DNA of 64,000 bases from Felis catus (taxonomy: Eukaryota), in NCBI RefSeq assembly GCF_018350175.1, contig NC_058368.1, positions 69,628,001 to 69,692,000 of the forward strand. The letters run 5' to 3'. Position numbers and translations under genes: made by a program. Shown piece after piece: positions 12,001 through 24,889 of the stretch. Position 1 is the first letter of the stretch. Each line of letters starts with the position of its first letter. The notes under the pieces are model-generated. The model worked only from the letters and a program-made list of their open reading frames with translations, was not told the DNA's origin and searched no databases.

Positions 12001-14224
12001 AAGGCTTCCATTATTATTATATCAACGATAAATATATTGAACTTGTGCCTATGAAATATTTCCTAGCCTCTTCCTAACACATGAAAGTGTTACATACTTG
12101 TTTTGATTTACATGTTTATCTCTTCCTTCTGGATCTTTCCATGTTAAAGGAAAATTCTTGAAGGCCATCTTTGGTTATTTTTTGCTTTTCAAGGAAACTA
12201 GAAAACCAGGCCTTCAAAAAAAGAAAATTAAGACTAGCTTATTTGACTAGTAGATATAGAACAAAAAAAAAACTTAAGTTTTTACCATTTGCAATAAATT
12301 TATTCAGCCTTTAGAGGGGAAAAAAGGTCTCTCCTTTTCTAGAATGTTTTAGACAATATTTGCACAGCTCTATAATTTTGTCTTCTGATTGACTGTCAAC
12401 AGTTTTTTTTTTTTCAGCCTTTAAGGAAGGAAGTTAACTTCAGAGCAATTAAATACTCAAGGACCAGAATAGAAAATTTAGTCACTTTTGTATTTATAAC
12501 TAATGTACATTCTGAGCTATGTCACAACTGAACTATGTCCAAAGAAAGAGTTGTGTTACTTGGTTGATACAGTCAATGTCATAGGAAAATTGGCCCTTAA
12601 GGTCAGTGATTTAAGGGCTAAAACAATCCTTCATTTTATTTAATTTGTAAATTTGAATTTTTGTGTAATGCTGGTTTTGAAGATGTTTTCTCAGTTCCAG
12701 GTGGCTCTTAGTTTCCATTGTGTTTTTCTTTGTGGTTTGGAAAGAAAAACAAAAAGCCAAGTTCCCCCATACTTTATCACCCAGTCTTTCATGAAGGAAA
12801 TCCCATTTTCATGAGGGAATCTTGCCACATCTAATCCAGCTTGTGTGTTTTGGCACTAGGGACAAGGAGAGTACAGTTCTTGCTGCTCCTTATATAAGAT
12901 TTATTTTGTAGTGGGTAACCTTGGTATTCAGAGTTTTCACATTTATTTATAACTGTCTGCAAATTATTACCAAGCCGAAATTCATGATTTGTTCATTGAG
13001 TCTAAATAGCTTGATGGAATGACTTGACATTTTCTGGAAAGAATCTATTTCCTGATGCCTTTACAGCACTCTTTTATTAATGCCTTCAAAGGAAAAAAAA
13101 AATTACCATCATCAGAAAACATAACGAAGCCCTCCCTGGTCTATTCTCCGTGGTCAAAATTTGTTGCCCAAACCTGCTATGTGATCCTGAGCATGTAGCA
13201 CAGCTTGTACCTTCATAATCAGCCCTTCCCAAACTCTCTTCCTTTATCTCTTTGGACCAGTAAAGACCCCTGGAAGTGCTGGGTCCTGATGAGCTTGTGT
13301 CTCATCCCAAGGGTCCTTGAGGCGCCATGTTTCCACCTTTCGCCATCCAGCAAAGTCTTGCTGTGTCCTGGCCCCCGTGACTCTTGGCTGCCTTCCTTAC
13401 TCTTGGGGAGGGCATTGCCTGGTTCTGTTTATTGTCCATGCCCACCACTCTTTTTTGGGACATTGAAATTTCTTAGCCAAATTGGATAGCGAATATGAAA
13501 TGGATGCTAGTTAAAGCAAGTCAGGACACTTTGTGGTGAACCATTGAGAAATAACGAAGATTTCCCAGCCCAATGGGAAGACAACTTGTAGGGAAGTCAT
13601 GTGAATGCAAGAAATGAATAATTGCTCACTACACAGGGGAAATTATTATGGAATAATGAACTACTACCTGGAAACCTCATCATGTTATGGGGTTTCTTTT
13701 CATACTAGAAATCCTTGAAGTGCATGATTTCTATTATTTTGCTTGCCATGAAACTTACACTTAAGGAGGTCAGTACTGGGGGGTGGCTCTTTTCAGAGCA
13801 CCTCTTACCGGGAAATAGACTTTCCACAACGTGGCACAGGCTGAGCAGTTCCCTCCCTGCCCATTTCTTGCTCTTTAGCTGGCCTAGGAGTGATCCTGGC
13901 AGAAGTCCACAGAGATAGGTTTTCTTCGTCTCCTCCTCCAGACCCAACACTGGAGGGAAGGAAGGGGAGGCAGCAAGGCAAAGCTGTCTACTTTAGGGGA
14001 ACATGCAGGCAGAATCAACAGGCCTGTGGATACCCAAAATATGTGCCTCAGGCAGGCAGTTTGTAGGGGCAGAGTGGCAGACCGCTGTCAGAACTGTTCC
14101 GTGTTAACGTCGAAACCTGGCTTAGATGAGCAGTAAACCAGGACCCGGATGGTTTCAGATCTCGGGAGCGTGGAGTTCGGTCAATCATGAAAGTGAATGG
14201 GTTCTATTGAGTTATAACAATAAC

Positions 14225-15075
14225 TTCTAAAGAACATTATTATAGTATAATTTTCATACAGAAACATGCCCAGATCACAAAATGAATACACCGTGGTGTC
14301 CACCACCCAGTCAAGTAATAGAAGATTCTCAGCACCCCCCCGAAGTGATGACCCCTCTCCCCACCCCTATTATGACTTCTCGCCAAGGATAGCTACTATC
14401 CTGATTTTTCGTACCCTAGGTGAGTATAATAAATGAATTCATGGTCAGTGGAATCAAATACGTGTTCTTCTGCATGGGTTCTTTGGCTCGGCATTCATTA
14501 TGTTGGAGAGATTCATCTGTGGTGTGACAATAGTATATGCATATGCATCCTTGTTGCTGGAACGCCAGTTTATTCTACTGACAATGGGCATTCAGATCGT
14601 TCCTAACTTGGGGTTGTCCCATGTCTCGGAGTGGATTTCTGTCACATGTTTATGGAACGGCTGAGTCTATACCTGTGTTTAGCTTAGAAATTGCTCGCGG
14701 TTTTCCAAAGTAGTGGTGTTAGCATACCTCCTAGCGGTGCTAGTTGGGTCATATCCTCTCTGATGGTTGGTATTGTCTTTCTCATAATATACGCTACAAT
14801 TTTTTAAAGTGTAATATAATACCTGTAGCATAAAACTTACCATCCTAACCATTTCTGAAGGTCAGTAGTATTAAGTGCATTCACACTGACGTGCAGCCTG
14901 TCTCCAGAACTTTTTCATCTGGCAAAACAAACTGGACCCACTTAGCAACAACTCCCCATTTCCCCTCCCTGAGCCCCTGGCAAAGACCATCATTCTACTT
15001 TCTGTTTCTCTGAGCCTGACTATACTTGATACTGCAGAAGTGTAATCAGACAGTATATATACAGTATTTGTCTCT
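14225..15075 (-). mobile_element. Ancient L1M 3' fragments (probably two)
   Basis: Antisense L1 3'UTR motifs: agattcatc.gtggtgtg, ttttccaaagtag, attaagtgcattcaca, tccagaactttttcatct, accattctactttctgtttctct. Confidence 0.65.
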
Positions 15076-15605
15076 GTCACAGTAAAATACTTCTACAGAA
15101 TAACATCTACCTGCTCATTATGAAGCTGGTAACATTATGTTGGATGCAGGGCACGTAACTTGGGTTCAGCCTAACATGCAATATAGAATTGAAGGATATC
15201 TCGTTAGACTCAGTCAGGTTATTTGTGAGCACCCAAACCACTTGACGTAGCGTGTGATGCCTTGAGGAGTCCCATCAGAGTGGAAACTTAGAGCGACTAT
15301 TCGGTGTTGGTGAGAATGACTGTAATTAATTGCAGTGCCTTATTCTTCATTTGGAAAAGAGAGAAGACATTTATTCTTTTCATAAAAACAATGCACTTGA
15401 TAGTTTCCTTTCCTTTCCCTCTGGGCCAAAATTGGATCCAGTTTATGACAAATGCCAAACCATAGACCCCCGTCCTTCACTTCCTTTGTAACTAATCCCG
15501 CCGATCTTCAGAGTTTTTGTTCAGATGTCTCTTTAATATCACGTTTTCAATTCTTTCACCTCTTGTAGAATTCAAATGGACCTAACCTGTTGTAGAATTT
15601 TCTTC

Positions 15606-15828
15606 TTTTTTAATTAAAAAAATTTTTTTAATATTTGTTTATTTTTGAGAGAGAGAGTCAGAGCATGAGCGGGGAAGGGGCAGAGAGAGGGGGAGACACA
15701 GAATCCGAAGCAGGCTCCAGGCTCCGAGCTGTCAGCACAGAGCCTGACGCGGGGCTGGAACCATGAACCGTGAGATCATGACCTGAGCTGAAGTCGGACA
15801 CTTAACTGACTGAACTACCAGGCACCCC
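15606..15828 (-). mobile_element. Can-SINE
   Basis: Full body with T-rich tail. Confidence 0.92.
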
Positions 15829-16898
15829 ACTTCTTCTTTTTTTATATAAAGTGGCCAACTTCTCCAGGTATCCTTTAAATAGTTCTGTAACATTGTTTTA
15901 TTTGTGGGGAGGGGGGATTGTGAGTGGAAGGAGGTGTGGAAAGACCTAGGTCCTGGAATCAGCACATGTTCTCCCCAGACAGGCAGCCTGTAGCGACCAT
16001 AGTAGGCCACCAGCTGTCTCCCACAAGACAAATCTCTTATGCAAGATACAGATCGCTAGGCCACCTATAAGTTGTGTCGTGCAAATAATTTGTGGGTGTG
16101 TTACATAGAAACCCACACATGCATATAGATCACCATTAATTTATAGATTTGTTTTATTCCTTCTAAGCTACTGTGCCGTGTTGTGTCAAGTGATTTTCCA
16201 TTTTCCCAGCAGACTGCCGCATCTCAGTGTTTGATGGTACCCGAGAGCTTCTCTAGATACAGAATATCCTTCCTCATGTTTCGGATCTGTTAATTTTCCT
16301 TTAAAAAAGATCTAACCGTGGGCCTCCCCAGGAAGTAAGAAAAGAGCTAGAAGGTAAAGCAGGACAAGAACTGACGTCTGGGATGTGGGGAGAAGGAAGC
16401 ACCATGACGAAGGAAGAGAAACCTTCTCCCCAGAGCCAGCATCTTCTCAGTTTATATTTAAACCCTGTTGGAGGGGACCGCCCATCTCTTTCCAAGACAA
16501 ACAGCTATGCTATTGACTATTTTTTATTGTAGAATATTCTGTCTCTAAGCTAAAAGCCTCCTTTCTTGTGATTTTCTACTTTTCCTTAGTCTTTCGGGCC
16601 CCAGCCCGGTCCTGCGTCCACTCATTGAACCAAGAGAACGACTCTCCATTATCAGCCCCAGTCGTCATCATTTGAATGATCCTCGGTTGAACTAGATGTG
16701 ATTAGCGGCTGGTTTCTACTAAATCTAGGCATCCCTTACCTCTCTTCCCGAATCCCTCCCTACGGCAGCTGTTACCTGTCTGCGGAAGGACAATGGCATA
16801 GGTGCTCCCTCTGGATGGTGGGGTTCCAGATAATGTGGGTGAAGTTCCCCTCCCGTTTTTCTTCTAATGTAGCATTTGCTTAGGTGTAGTCACCAGAA

Positions 16899-17258
16899 GT
16901 GTTAGTTTGAGCCGTAATAAGAGCATGCCATAAACGGGGCGGCTTATAAACGCCAGAAATTAGTCCTCACAGTTCTGGAGGCCAGGAAGTCTAAGATCGA
17001 GGTGCCGGTATATACGCGGTCTGGTGAGAGCCCAGTGCTGATTGAGAGACGGCTGTGTGCTTGCTGTGTCCCCACATAGTGGGAGGGACAAGACAGCTCT
17101 TGGGAATCTCTTGTATAAGGGCACTAATCCCATTCCTGAGGGCTCCACCCTCCTGACCTACCCACCTCCCAGAGGCCCTGCCTCCTAACACCATCACACT
17201 GGGAATTAGATTCCAGCACGAGGATTCGGGGAGGACACAAACATTTAGTCTAGGGCAC
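16899..17258 (-). mobile_element. MaLR (MLT1A/B-type) solo LTR
   Basis: ggcttataaac..ctcacagttctggaggccaggaagtctaagatc..ataagggcactaatcccatt..gggaggacacaaacattt. Confidence 0.8.
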
Positions 17259-18273
17259 AGTGATGCTGAGTTGATACATTTGATGCCAAAATGGGAGAAA
17301 TTCTTTCCTCTGTTTCAACAACTGCCTTCCCAGGAGTACTGAAAACAGTACTCCTAGGAATACATATTTAATTTGTTTACAACATCACTGGATCCATGTT
17401 TACACTCAGGTTTCCACCAGTTTGATTAATAAAACCGTTGACCTTTGGTACTAGCTGTCTCTTGGGTGCTGTTCCTGTGATTAATATGCGTGCCTTGTTC
17501 CTAAAAACAGAGGCTCTTGCCTGCCTCCTCGGCTTCTTGGTTAGAGTTAGGGCGGGCTGGTCGTTGTGGGAGTGGGCGGTCTTATCAACACGCTTCTAGC
17601 TTTTTCACTGTGGCCTGCTGCTGACTTCCGGGTGGAGGGTCTCACACCGAAGTCCGGGGGAAAAGGCCAGGCCTTCCCTGTCTTGCTAACCCATCTTGTA
17701 CCTGGGACCTCAAAATCAGCTCCTTAATTCAGAATTACACGTGTGCGTCAAAGAGACGTTGATAAACTCGAGAAGCACCTTCTGTGACACATCCTGGGAA
17801 GATTGCTCAAGAATGTTTATTTTCATATTTGTAGCTTTTCCAGTGTGGTCTTGATAGAACGGCCCTACAAGAAAGAATTTGGGGCAGGGGATGGCATTGG
17901 TAGATGCAGCTGTTGGTTACAGTTATGGCTCCTGTTTAAAAAAGAAAGAAAAGAAAAGAAAAAGCTGAAACCACCAGGCTCTCAAAGCTGGACTGTGTTC
18001 CAGAAACAGCCACAGGGCATTTCAGCAGAGAAGTGCTTTTCATGGGTTCTTGCCTGACTGGCTTCCGGGCACATGGAGTTAACAAGTTAAAAAGGAGCTG
18101 CTAATGATACAATAAATGCTTTTGAAAGTTTTCCATTGGGCAATCCAGCAGTAGGTGACTGCTTTGAAAAATGAATGAAAATCAGGCATAAAGTCACAAA
18201 CGGCTCCGTCAGTAATGAGTAAGCACATGCTGAAGGACATTGATGTGCACGCGCGTGCGTTGCCTGTCGTGAT

Positions 18274-18471
18274 GTTTTTAATGTTTATTTACTTGGAAGG
18301 TAGAGAGTGGGACTAGGGGAGGGGGCAGAGCAAGGGAAAAAGAATCTCCAGCAGGCCCCGTGCCATCAGCGTGGAACCCAATGCAGGGCTCGAACCCACA
18401 AACCATGAGATCAGGACCTGAACCAAAATCAAGAGTTGGATGCCTAACCGACTGAGCCAGCCAGGCGCCCC
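18274..18471 (-). mobile_element. Can-SINE
   Basis: SINE body ending ccaggcgcccc. Confidence 0.88.
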
Positions 18472-18609
18472 TGTCATGTTCTGTTTCTGGCTTATATTTC
18501 TGTTCCATGAAATTAATAAACCAGCTTGTCCTGTAGTATCATTAGGGAAAGATTGTTTTGCACAGGCTCAGACCTGGAGATTTAGTCCTCCTTGCTTTCT
18601 TTTCCTTTT

Positions 18610-18830
18610 TTTTTGTTAAATTGTGATTAGAAACTCATAAAACTTATCATCTCGCCCATTTTTAAGTCTACAGTTTGGTAGCGTTAAGCATATTCACGTT
18701 GTTGTAAAACAGACCTCCTGAACTTTTTCATCCTGCAGATCAGAAACTCTGCCCATTAAATAATCCTGCCAACCCCCCATCCCCCAGGCCCTGATAACCA
18801 CCAATCTACTTCCTGTTGCTCTGTATTTGT
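18610..18830 (-). mobile_element. Ancient L1M 3' fragment
   Basis: catttttaagt..gttaagcatattcacgttgttgt..gaactttttcatc. Confidence 0.65.
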
Positions 18831-19239
18831 TCCCCCCTTTATTTTACAAGCAGATCCACCCCCCCCCCCCAGTCTTCTGTCCTGCTTCCGTGCAGTTTGG
18901 GCTCATCCTGTCGTTAAGGGGGAAAGAACAACACATAATTGTCACAGTGGTTGTGTGAAATAGAGTGCAGGCCTGTACCCGCATGTGTGGGGGGCTGTGA
19001 CGAGCATTTCTTTTGGCCTGGTGGCATCACTGTTGAAAACATGTTAAAGTCATCTTGCGTGATTAAGAAATTAGACCATGAAAGGCCACTATACATTTTC
19101 AAATTGTTTTCCTGCCTCTGTGCTCCAGCATGGAGTCTAACTATCCACTTTCTAGGTAAACCTGTAAACTCACTTTCTCCTATCATGGTATATTTAATTT
19201 TCAACAGGTGACAGAATCTGTTTCAAAAAGATTCTTAGT

Positions 19240-19597
19240 GGGGCGCTTGGGTGGCTCTGTTGGTTAAGCGTCTCTCAGGTTTTAATCTCAGTGTCATGAG
19301 TTCAAGCCCCACGCTGGGTATGGAGCCTACTTTTAAAAAATGTGCTTGGGGCACCTGGGTGGCTTGGTCGGTTAAGTGTCCGACTTCAGCTCAGGTCCTG
19401 ATCTCACAGTTGGTGAGTTCAAGCCTCACATCGGGCTCTGCTGACGGCTCGGAGCCTGGAGTCTGCTTCGGATTCTGTGTCTCCCTCTCTCTCTGCCCGC
19501 CCCCCCCCCCCCCATGCATGCATACTCTTTCTCTTTCTCTCTCTCTCAAAAATGAATAAACACTAAAAAAATTAAAATAAAAAACTAAATTTAAAAA
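19240..19597 (+). mobile_element. Short tRNA-like Can-SINE (19240-about 19340) followed by a full Can-SINE (19348-about 19590)
   Basis: Two successive ggggc.c.tgggtggct heads. Outer TSD-like aaaagattcttagtg / aaaatgttcttattg. Confidence 0.85.
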
Positions 19598-20703
19598 ATG
19601 TTCTTATTGCCTTCCAGTATTTTGTTTTTAGCATCAGTGTAATTGTGTATAAGTTGGGACAAAGTACATTTAACTGAGTGCACAGTACTGACAATGTGGT
19701 CATTGTGAATAACCCAGACTCTGGAGCAAGGGGAACACGATCTGGTTTCAGCCGCATCCGTTGCCTAGGTCGCTGCTGCAGACGAACATTTCGAGTGCTA
19801 TTAAATCGTAGAGGATTGTTTTTAAAGATCATTCTTATTACTTGCTTTTGCGTTTCTCCCAATGCTGATATTAGGACACCATAGGCTGCCCGTGTTACTG
19901 GGCAGGATTTTATTTCAGAGATGTAATCGATACTCATGCTTTTTATTATATATCTTACATCTGTCTTCCATTTTCCCACCACTCACTCTAAGCACTGGTT
20001 ACACTACAGAAAAATGAAGCTAATCGCTGGGATGTTCTAACTTTGAGGTTTTGGAATGAGGGGCTTGGAGCGAGCCAAAAGTTGGCGATCAGTATGAATT
20101 ATCAATAGAACATGCTAACTCCAGGGTATTTTTACCAGATTTTGAAATAATCGCGTAAGAGTAAACTAGTGAACCAGCTCAAAAGGGAACGGACATTCCA
20201 GACAGTTCCACAGCACTGCTTCAGGAGCAGCAGCCCACACAACGGTGTGTATTCTCTGAGCAACATTTGAAAAAACACAGACCCTCCTTTTATTTCTCAT
20301 ATTTAGTTTAGTCATCAAAGCTGTCTGAGGGATAAGGCAGAGAAGCCACATGGCCACTTAGTATTGGCAGTGGGACAGTTTCACGACGTCCGTGCATCTC
20401 CCTGTAGGCGTTTCTGTGTGTAACGGTCACATGACTAGCCTTGTTGTGCACTGAGGTGCAGTCTGACGTGTTTTCCTCATCAACGGAATGTCTTCCTTTA
20501 TTATTTACCTTTTATGTTTTCAGCGCAGTTGGCCTTTCCAGAGTGGTTTCCCCATTATGGCTTTTGGAAAATGTCCATTCTTTGAGCAACAGTTTCTTGA
20601 AAGAAAAACACATTCTCAAATTGGCCTTAGAATCTAGACCCCAGCATACAGTTGTTTTTGTTAAAGATCATGTTATTATCGTCTCTCCATGAGAATTATG
20701 AGC

Positions 20704-20799
20704 CATGCCCAGGGCAGAGCCAGACGTGGGGCTCCATCTCATGACCTGAGCCAAAATCAAGAGTCGGATGCTTAACTGGCTGAGCCACTTAGGCACCCC
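20704..20799 (-). mobile_element. Tail-less Can-SINE head fragment
   Basis: catgacctgagccaaaatcaagagtcggatgcttaac..aggcacccc, with no CT linker or tail. Confidence 0.8.
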
Positions 20800-20819
20800 A
20801 AGAATTATAAGTTTGAAGT

Positions 20820-21390
20820 GATTCATTCACTCATCCATTCAGCAGATCTTTATAGGCACCTACTGTGTATCATGCCGATAGTGGGAAAGTGGGGGAAAGA
20901 GTGGGGGGAAAAAGGGAGGTGTGGGGGCAAATTACATTTAAGTAGAGGGGTTCGGGTCAGTCCTGTTGAGAAGGTGACATTGTGTAAAGATTGGAAAGAG
21001 GTGAGGGAATTATCTTTGAAGATTTCCGAGGAGAGGGTATTCCAGGTAGAGGGAGCAACCAGTGCAAAGGCCCTGAGGTGGGCTTGTCCCTGATATGCTG
21101 AGAACTGCAAGCAGGCCCATGTTGCTAGAGTGGAACGAGCAAGAGGGAGAACACTTGGTTGTGGCCTCAGACAGACCACAGGGGAGGATCAGATCCTGTG
21201 GGGCCTTGTTTTCCATTGTAAGGACTTTGGCTCTTACTCTGAGTTTTGAAGAAGAATCTGATTTAGTAGAAGATGACTCTTGCTGATAGAACTGACCTGA
21301 GAGACGATGTGAGAACTGTTTATGTAGTAAGTCAAATGGTAATCGTAAGTACAGAGGTCAGATGCAGCAGAGAAATAACCAGAAGTTGCT
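20820..21390 (-). mobile_element. L2 fragment
   Basis: attcattcactcatccattc end, tgcaaaggccctgaggtggg, taaggactttggctcttactctgag. Confidence 0.75.
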
Positions 21391-21409
21391 ATGGAAAGAA
21401 ATTTCCTCA

Positions 21410-21635
21410 GGGCACCTAGGTGGCTCAGTCGGTTAAGCATCTGAATCTTGATTCCGGCTCAGGTCATGATCTCACGGTTCATGGGTTCGAGCCCCACAAC
21501 AGGCTCTGCACTGACAGCGTGAATCCTGCTTGGGATTCTTCCTCTCTCTCTCTGCCCCTCCCCTGCTTGCGCTCTCTCTGTCTCCCAAGGTAAATAAATA
21601 CTTTAAAAATAAATAAATAAATAACCAACCAAACT

Positions 21636-21668
<33 letters not shown>
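21410..21668 (+). mobile_element. Can-SINE with (TAAA)n and long A tail
   Basis: TSD-like gaaagaaatttcctca / gaaaaaagtttcctca. Confidence 0.92.
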
Positions 21669-22734
21669 GTTTCCTCAACATACTCAAACAGGTGAATTTG
21701 AAAAGAATATCATGAAAGGTAAAGCTGTGTGGTTTCCAAGTTCTTGAGTGTCATGAAGGACTGTGAGTGTGTGCATGAATCAGACTTGAGGGCTATTTTC
21801 CAAACTCTTCATGCATGTGAGACTACAGGTGTGTATGGGGTTAGAGGGTGTGGATGATTTCAAGTTTCTAGGTGAGCCTCAAAATCATTGTGATACTGGA
21901 ATTCGCTTCTGGAAACCGCTCCTGACTGGATCATCCTCTCTTTCGACTAGGTTTGTAGTAACTTAAAGAATCTGACATAAACCACGCAGAACGATCTTGT
22001 CTGTCAGCACTGTGGTTTATTAATACCCAAGGAGCTTGTTGTCTGATAACTTAAAGGAGAAATATGTTTAATTCACATTCTTCCAGTCTTTCTAGTCAAC
22101 TGTCCGTCTAGTAGAATAGGATATGCTCTCTATACTTTTGCTGGATATTAGGAGCTTCTTTTTCCTAGGTCTAGGGTCTGTGTGCTTGTATTTTGTCTTA
22201 CTCTAGCAAGTTGCTGACTGAAAGGACCTGTCATCAACAGCGGACACACAGAACTGTTGTGCTTTTTAGGGCTTTCTAGTTTGTCCATCATACAGAATTC
22301 CCCACCCCCTTCCCCTTATTTCCATGATCTCATTCCTCATCCCCTCCTCAGAAGATTCTGGAATGTAACAGAAAGTATATGTTTTATCTTACAGCGGTTA
22401 ATTTGTAGTAAGGCTTAAAACTACTTAAGGGAGTTTTCATAACTACCAAAAGTGGGAAATAACTTGGCGAAGCCTTCAACTACAAATGAAGCCTCATGTT
22501 ATGGGCTGGATTGGTGCCTGGCATTATATGTGTCAACCTGATTAAATTCTCAGAACCACATCATTAAGGGGTATCATTATTCCATTACCCAGATGGGACA
22601 GTCAGTGCCCAGGCCATGTAACTAGCTTGGGCCACATAACTGGTAAATGACAAGTCAAGCATTAAAGTTCTGTCTTGATGACTCTGGATCCCTCCCCCAT
22701 TCTGTGCTGCTCTCAAATGTAATCTCACACATTT

Positions 22735-22918
22735 TTTAAAAAATGTTTTTATTTTATTTTTGAGAGAGAGCATGAGCAGGGGAGGGGCAGAGAGAAAGAA
22801 AACATCTCAAGTGGGCTCTGCACTGACAGCGCAGATTGAGGGCTCAAACTCACAAACCATGAGATCATGACCTGAGCCGAAGCCAAGCACTTAACCAACT
22901 GAGCCACCCAAGCACCCC
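22735..22918 (-). mobile_element. Can-SINE, with a MIR fragment just upstream (about 22540-22710)
   Basis: TSD tcacacattttt. Confidence 0.88.
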
Positions 22919-23114
22919 TCACACATTTTTATACCTAGTAGTAATAGCTTCATCAGCTGTAAATGAGGCAAAAGTTAGGTTTCTTTCTTTATAATCATAA
23001 TGTATACTTTGTTTATCATGAAAATGCTCTCTATAGGGCCTTTTTCTCCCCCCATTTTGCCCCTCCCTGTAGTGGATTGTTCGTACTTTTGGATATTTTC
23101 CCATATTTTTCTAC

Positions 23115-23345
23115 TGTTTGAAAATATACGACTTAAAATTCACCATCTTAAGCATTTTTAAGTGTATAGTTCAGTGGCATTAAGTGCATTCACATTGCTG
23201 TGCAACTATCACCACCGGCCATCTCCAGAACTCTCTTCATCTTCCCACACTGAACTCTGTACCCCCGAAACAATAGCTCTCCATCCCTACTTCACCTCCA
23301 ACCCCTGGGAGCCACCATTCTACTCTCAGTCTACTTTCTGTCTCT
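23115..23345 (-). mobile_element. Ancient L1M 3' fragment
   Basis: ttcagtggcattaagtgcattcacattgctgtgcaac..catctccagaac. Confidence 0.75.
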
Positions 23346-23456
23346 GTTGGATGCCTTTTGTTACCTTTGTTATATACTTGTAAGTTTCTTTTCCCTAAGT
23401 CTGGAGTCTCTGTGCTTACTTTAATCCGAGCTTTGCAGTTTTTCAGAAGAGAAGTA

Positions 23457-23769
23457 CGGTTGACCCTTGAACAATGCAGGGGTTAGGGGCGCCAGCCCCC
23501 TCTATAATTGAAAATCTGCCTATGACTTTTGACTTCCCCAAAACTTAACTACTAGCCTACTGTTGACTAGAAGCCTTACAGGTAACAAACAATTGGGTGT
23601 TATGTACTTTGTATATTCTATGTATTATATACTGTAGTATTATAATAAAGTAAGAGGAAAAAAAGTAAGAAAATCATAAAAACATATAGTACTGCACTGT
23701 ATTCATTGAGGAAGTCTACATATAAGTGCACTCACAAAATTCAAACCCAAGTTGTTCAAAGCTCAGCCG
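23457..23769 (-). mobile_element. Tigger2-type (TcMar) non-autonomous DNA transposon
   Basis: Terminal inverted repeats (TIRs) cggttgacccttgaacaa and ttgttcaaagctcagccg, with TA on both sides. Confidence 0.85.
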
Positions 23770-24041
23770 TACTGATTCTGACCTCTTCTGCAGATAGGCA
23801 AACCTGGAGCCAGAGCTCACTCATACCCCCAATCTCTTAGGTGCTTAATAGGATATTAAACCTGAAAAGTACTTGAAAAAGAATGAAAAGTAGATCGTAC
23901 TATTTGGGAGGTTTTCTGGGGACTCCAGAGCTGAGAATTCTTCAAGTGTCCTGAAAGCTGAATTTTCACATCACACTTCAGCTTACATATTTTTAATTTA
24001 AAAGCCTTACGCATCAAAAATAATTTAAAAACCCTTTTTCA

Positions 24042-24236
24042 GGGGCTCTTGGGTGGCTCAGTCTGTTTACCGTCCAACTCTTGATTTCAGCTCAGGTTGT
24101 GATCCCAGGGTGGTGGGACTGAGCCTGGCATCAGGCTCTGTGCTGAGCATGGAGCCTGCTTGCTATCCTCTCACTCTCTCTACACCTCTTCCCTGCACAC
24201 CTCCCCCCTTAAAAAAAAAATCTAACAAAAAAAATA
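24042..24236 (+). mobile_element. Can-SINE
   Basis: TSD aaaaccctttttcagg. Confidence 0.9.
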
Positions 24237-24889
24237 AAACCCTTTTTCAGGATGAGAAAATGTTCCCATTCTCCCCTAACTGAAAAACATTAAAAATATT
24301 TTCTGTTGAAAGTATCTGCAAAGATTTAAAATAATTTTTCCTTCATTTAATGTTCCTGGAGGTTGTCCAAGAACCTTGGACATTGGCTCTTGAGGGGAAG
24401 GCTGTGTTTAAAAAACATGGTAGAAGAAATCTGCCTGCACGTGAAGAGAATTGAAAACCCGGAATCACATATGTTATTCGGTGGCTTTGTTTTACAAAGT
24501 CTTCACCCTTCTGTTCAAATGTGAAGCTAAATTCAATAAAATATTTACTTTCCATCTTACTTCGGAATAATAATTTTAGAGGCTAAGTGCATGGTATCAG
24601 GTGTATTTTGAGAAAGTTCAGGCTCCGTGCACTGAATGTACTTTTGAGGCTTAATTAGACCACTGAGCCCAAGGAGAAAGATGCCAAACTAAATAGACAT
24701 AAGGAAAATGCAAGCATTTTTCTTTTTGCTGGGAAAGGTCTAATGCTTTCCTCCAGCAGTCCTGATCTGGTTTGTACTTCCCTTATTCGTTATTTGTGTG
24801 ATATTTTATTCCCTGGCTAATGGGTTTTTTTTTTTAAGTCAAGATTATTTTATTTCAATAAATTTTGGATTTTTTTTTATTCATTTACC

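Noticed and set aside
19240..19335. tRNA-like A and B boxes in SINE heads
   Set aside because: They belong to tRNA-derived SINEs; no complete cloverleaf, so no tRNA gene is called.
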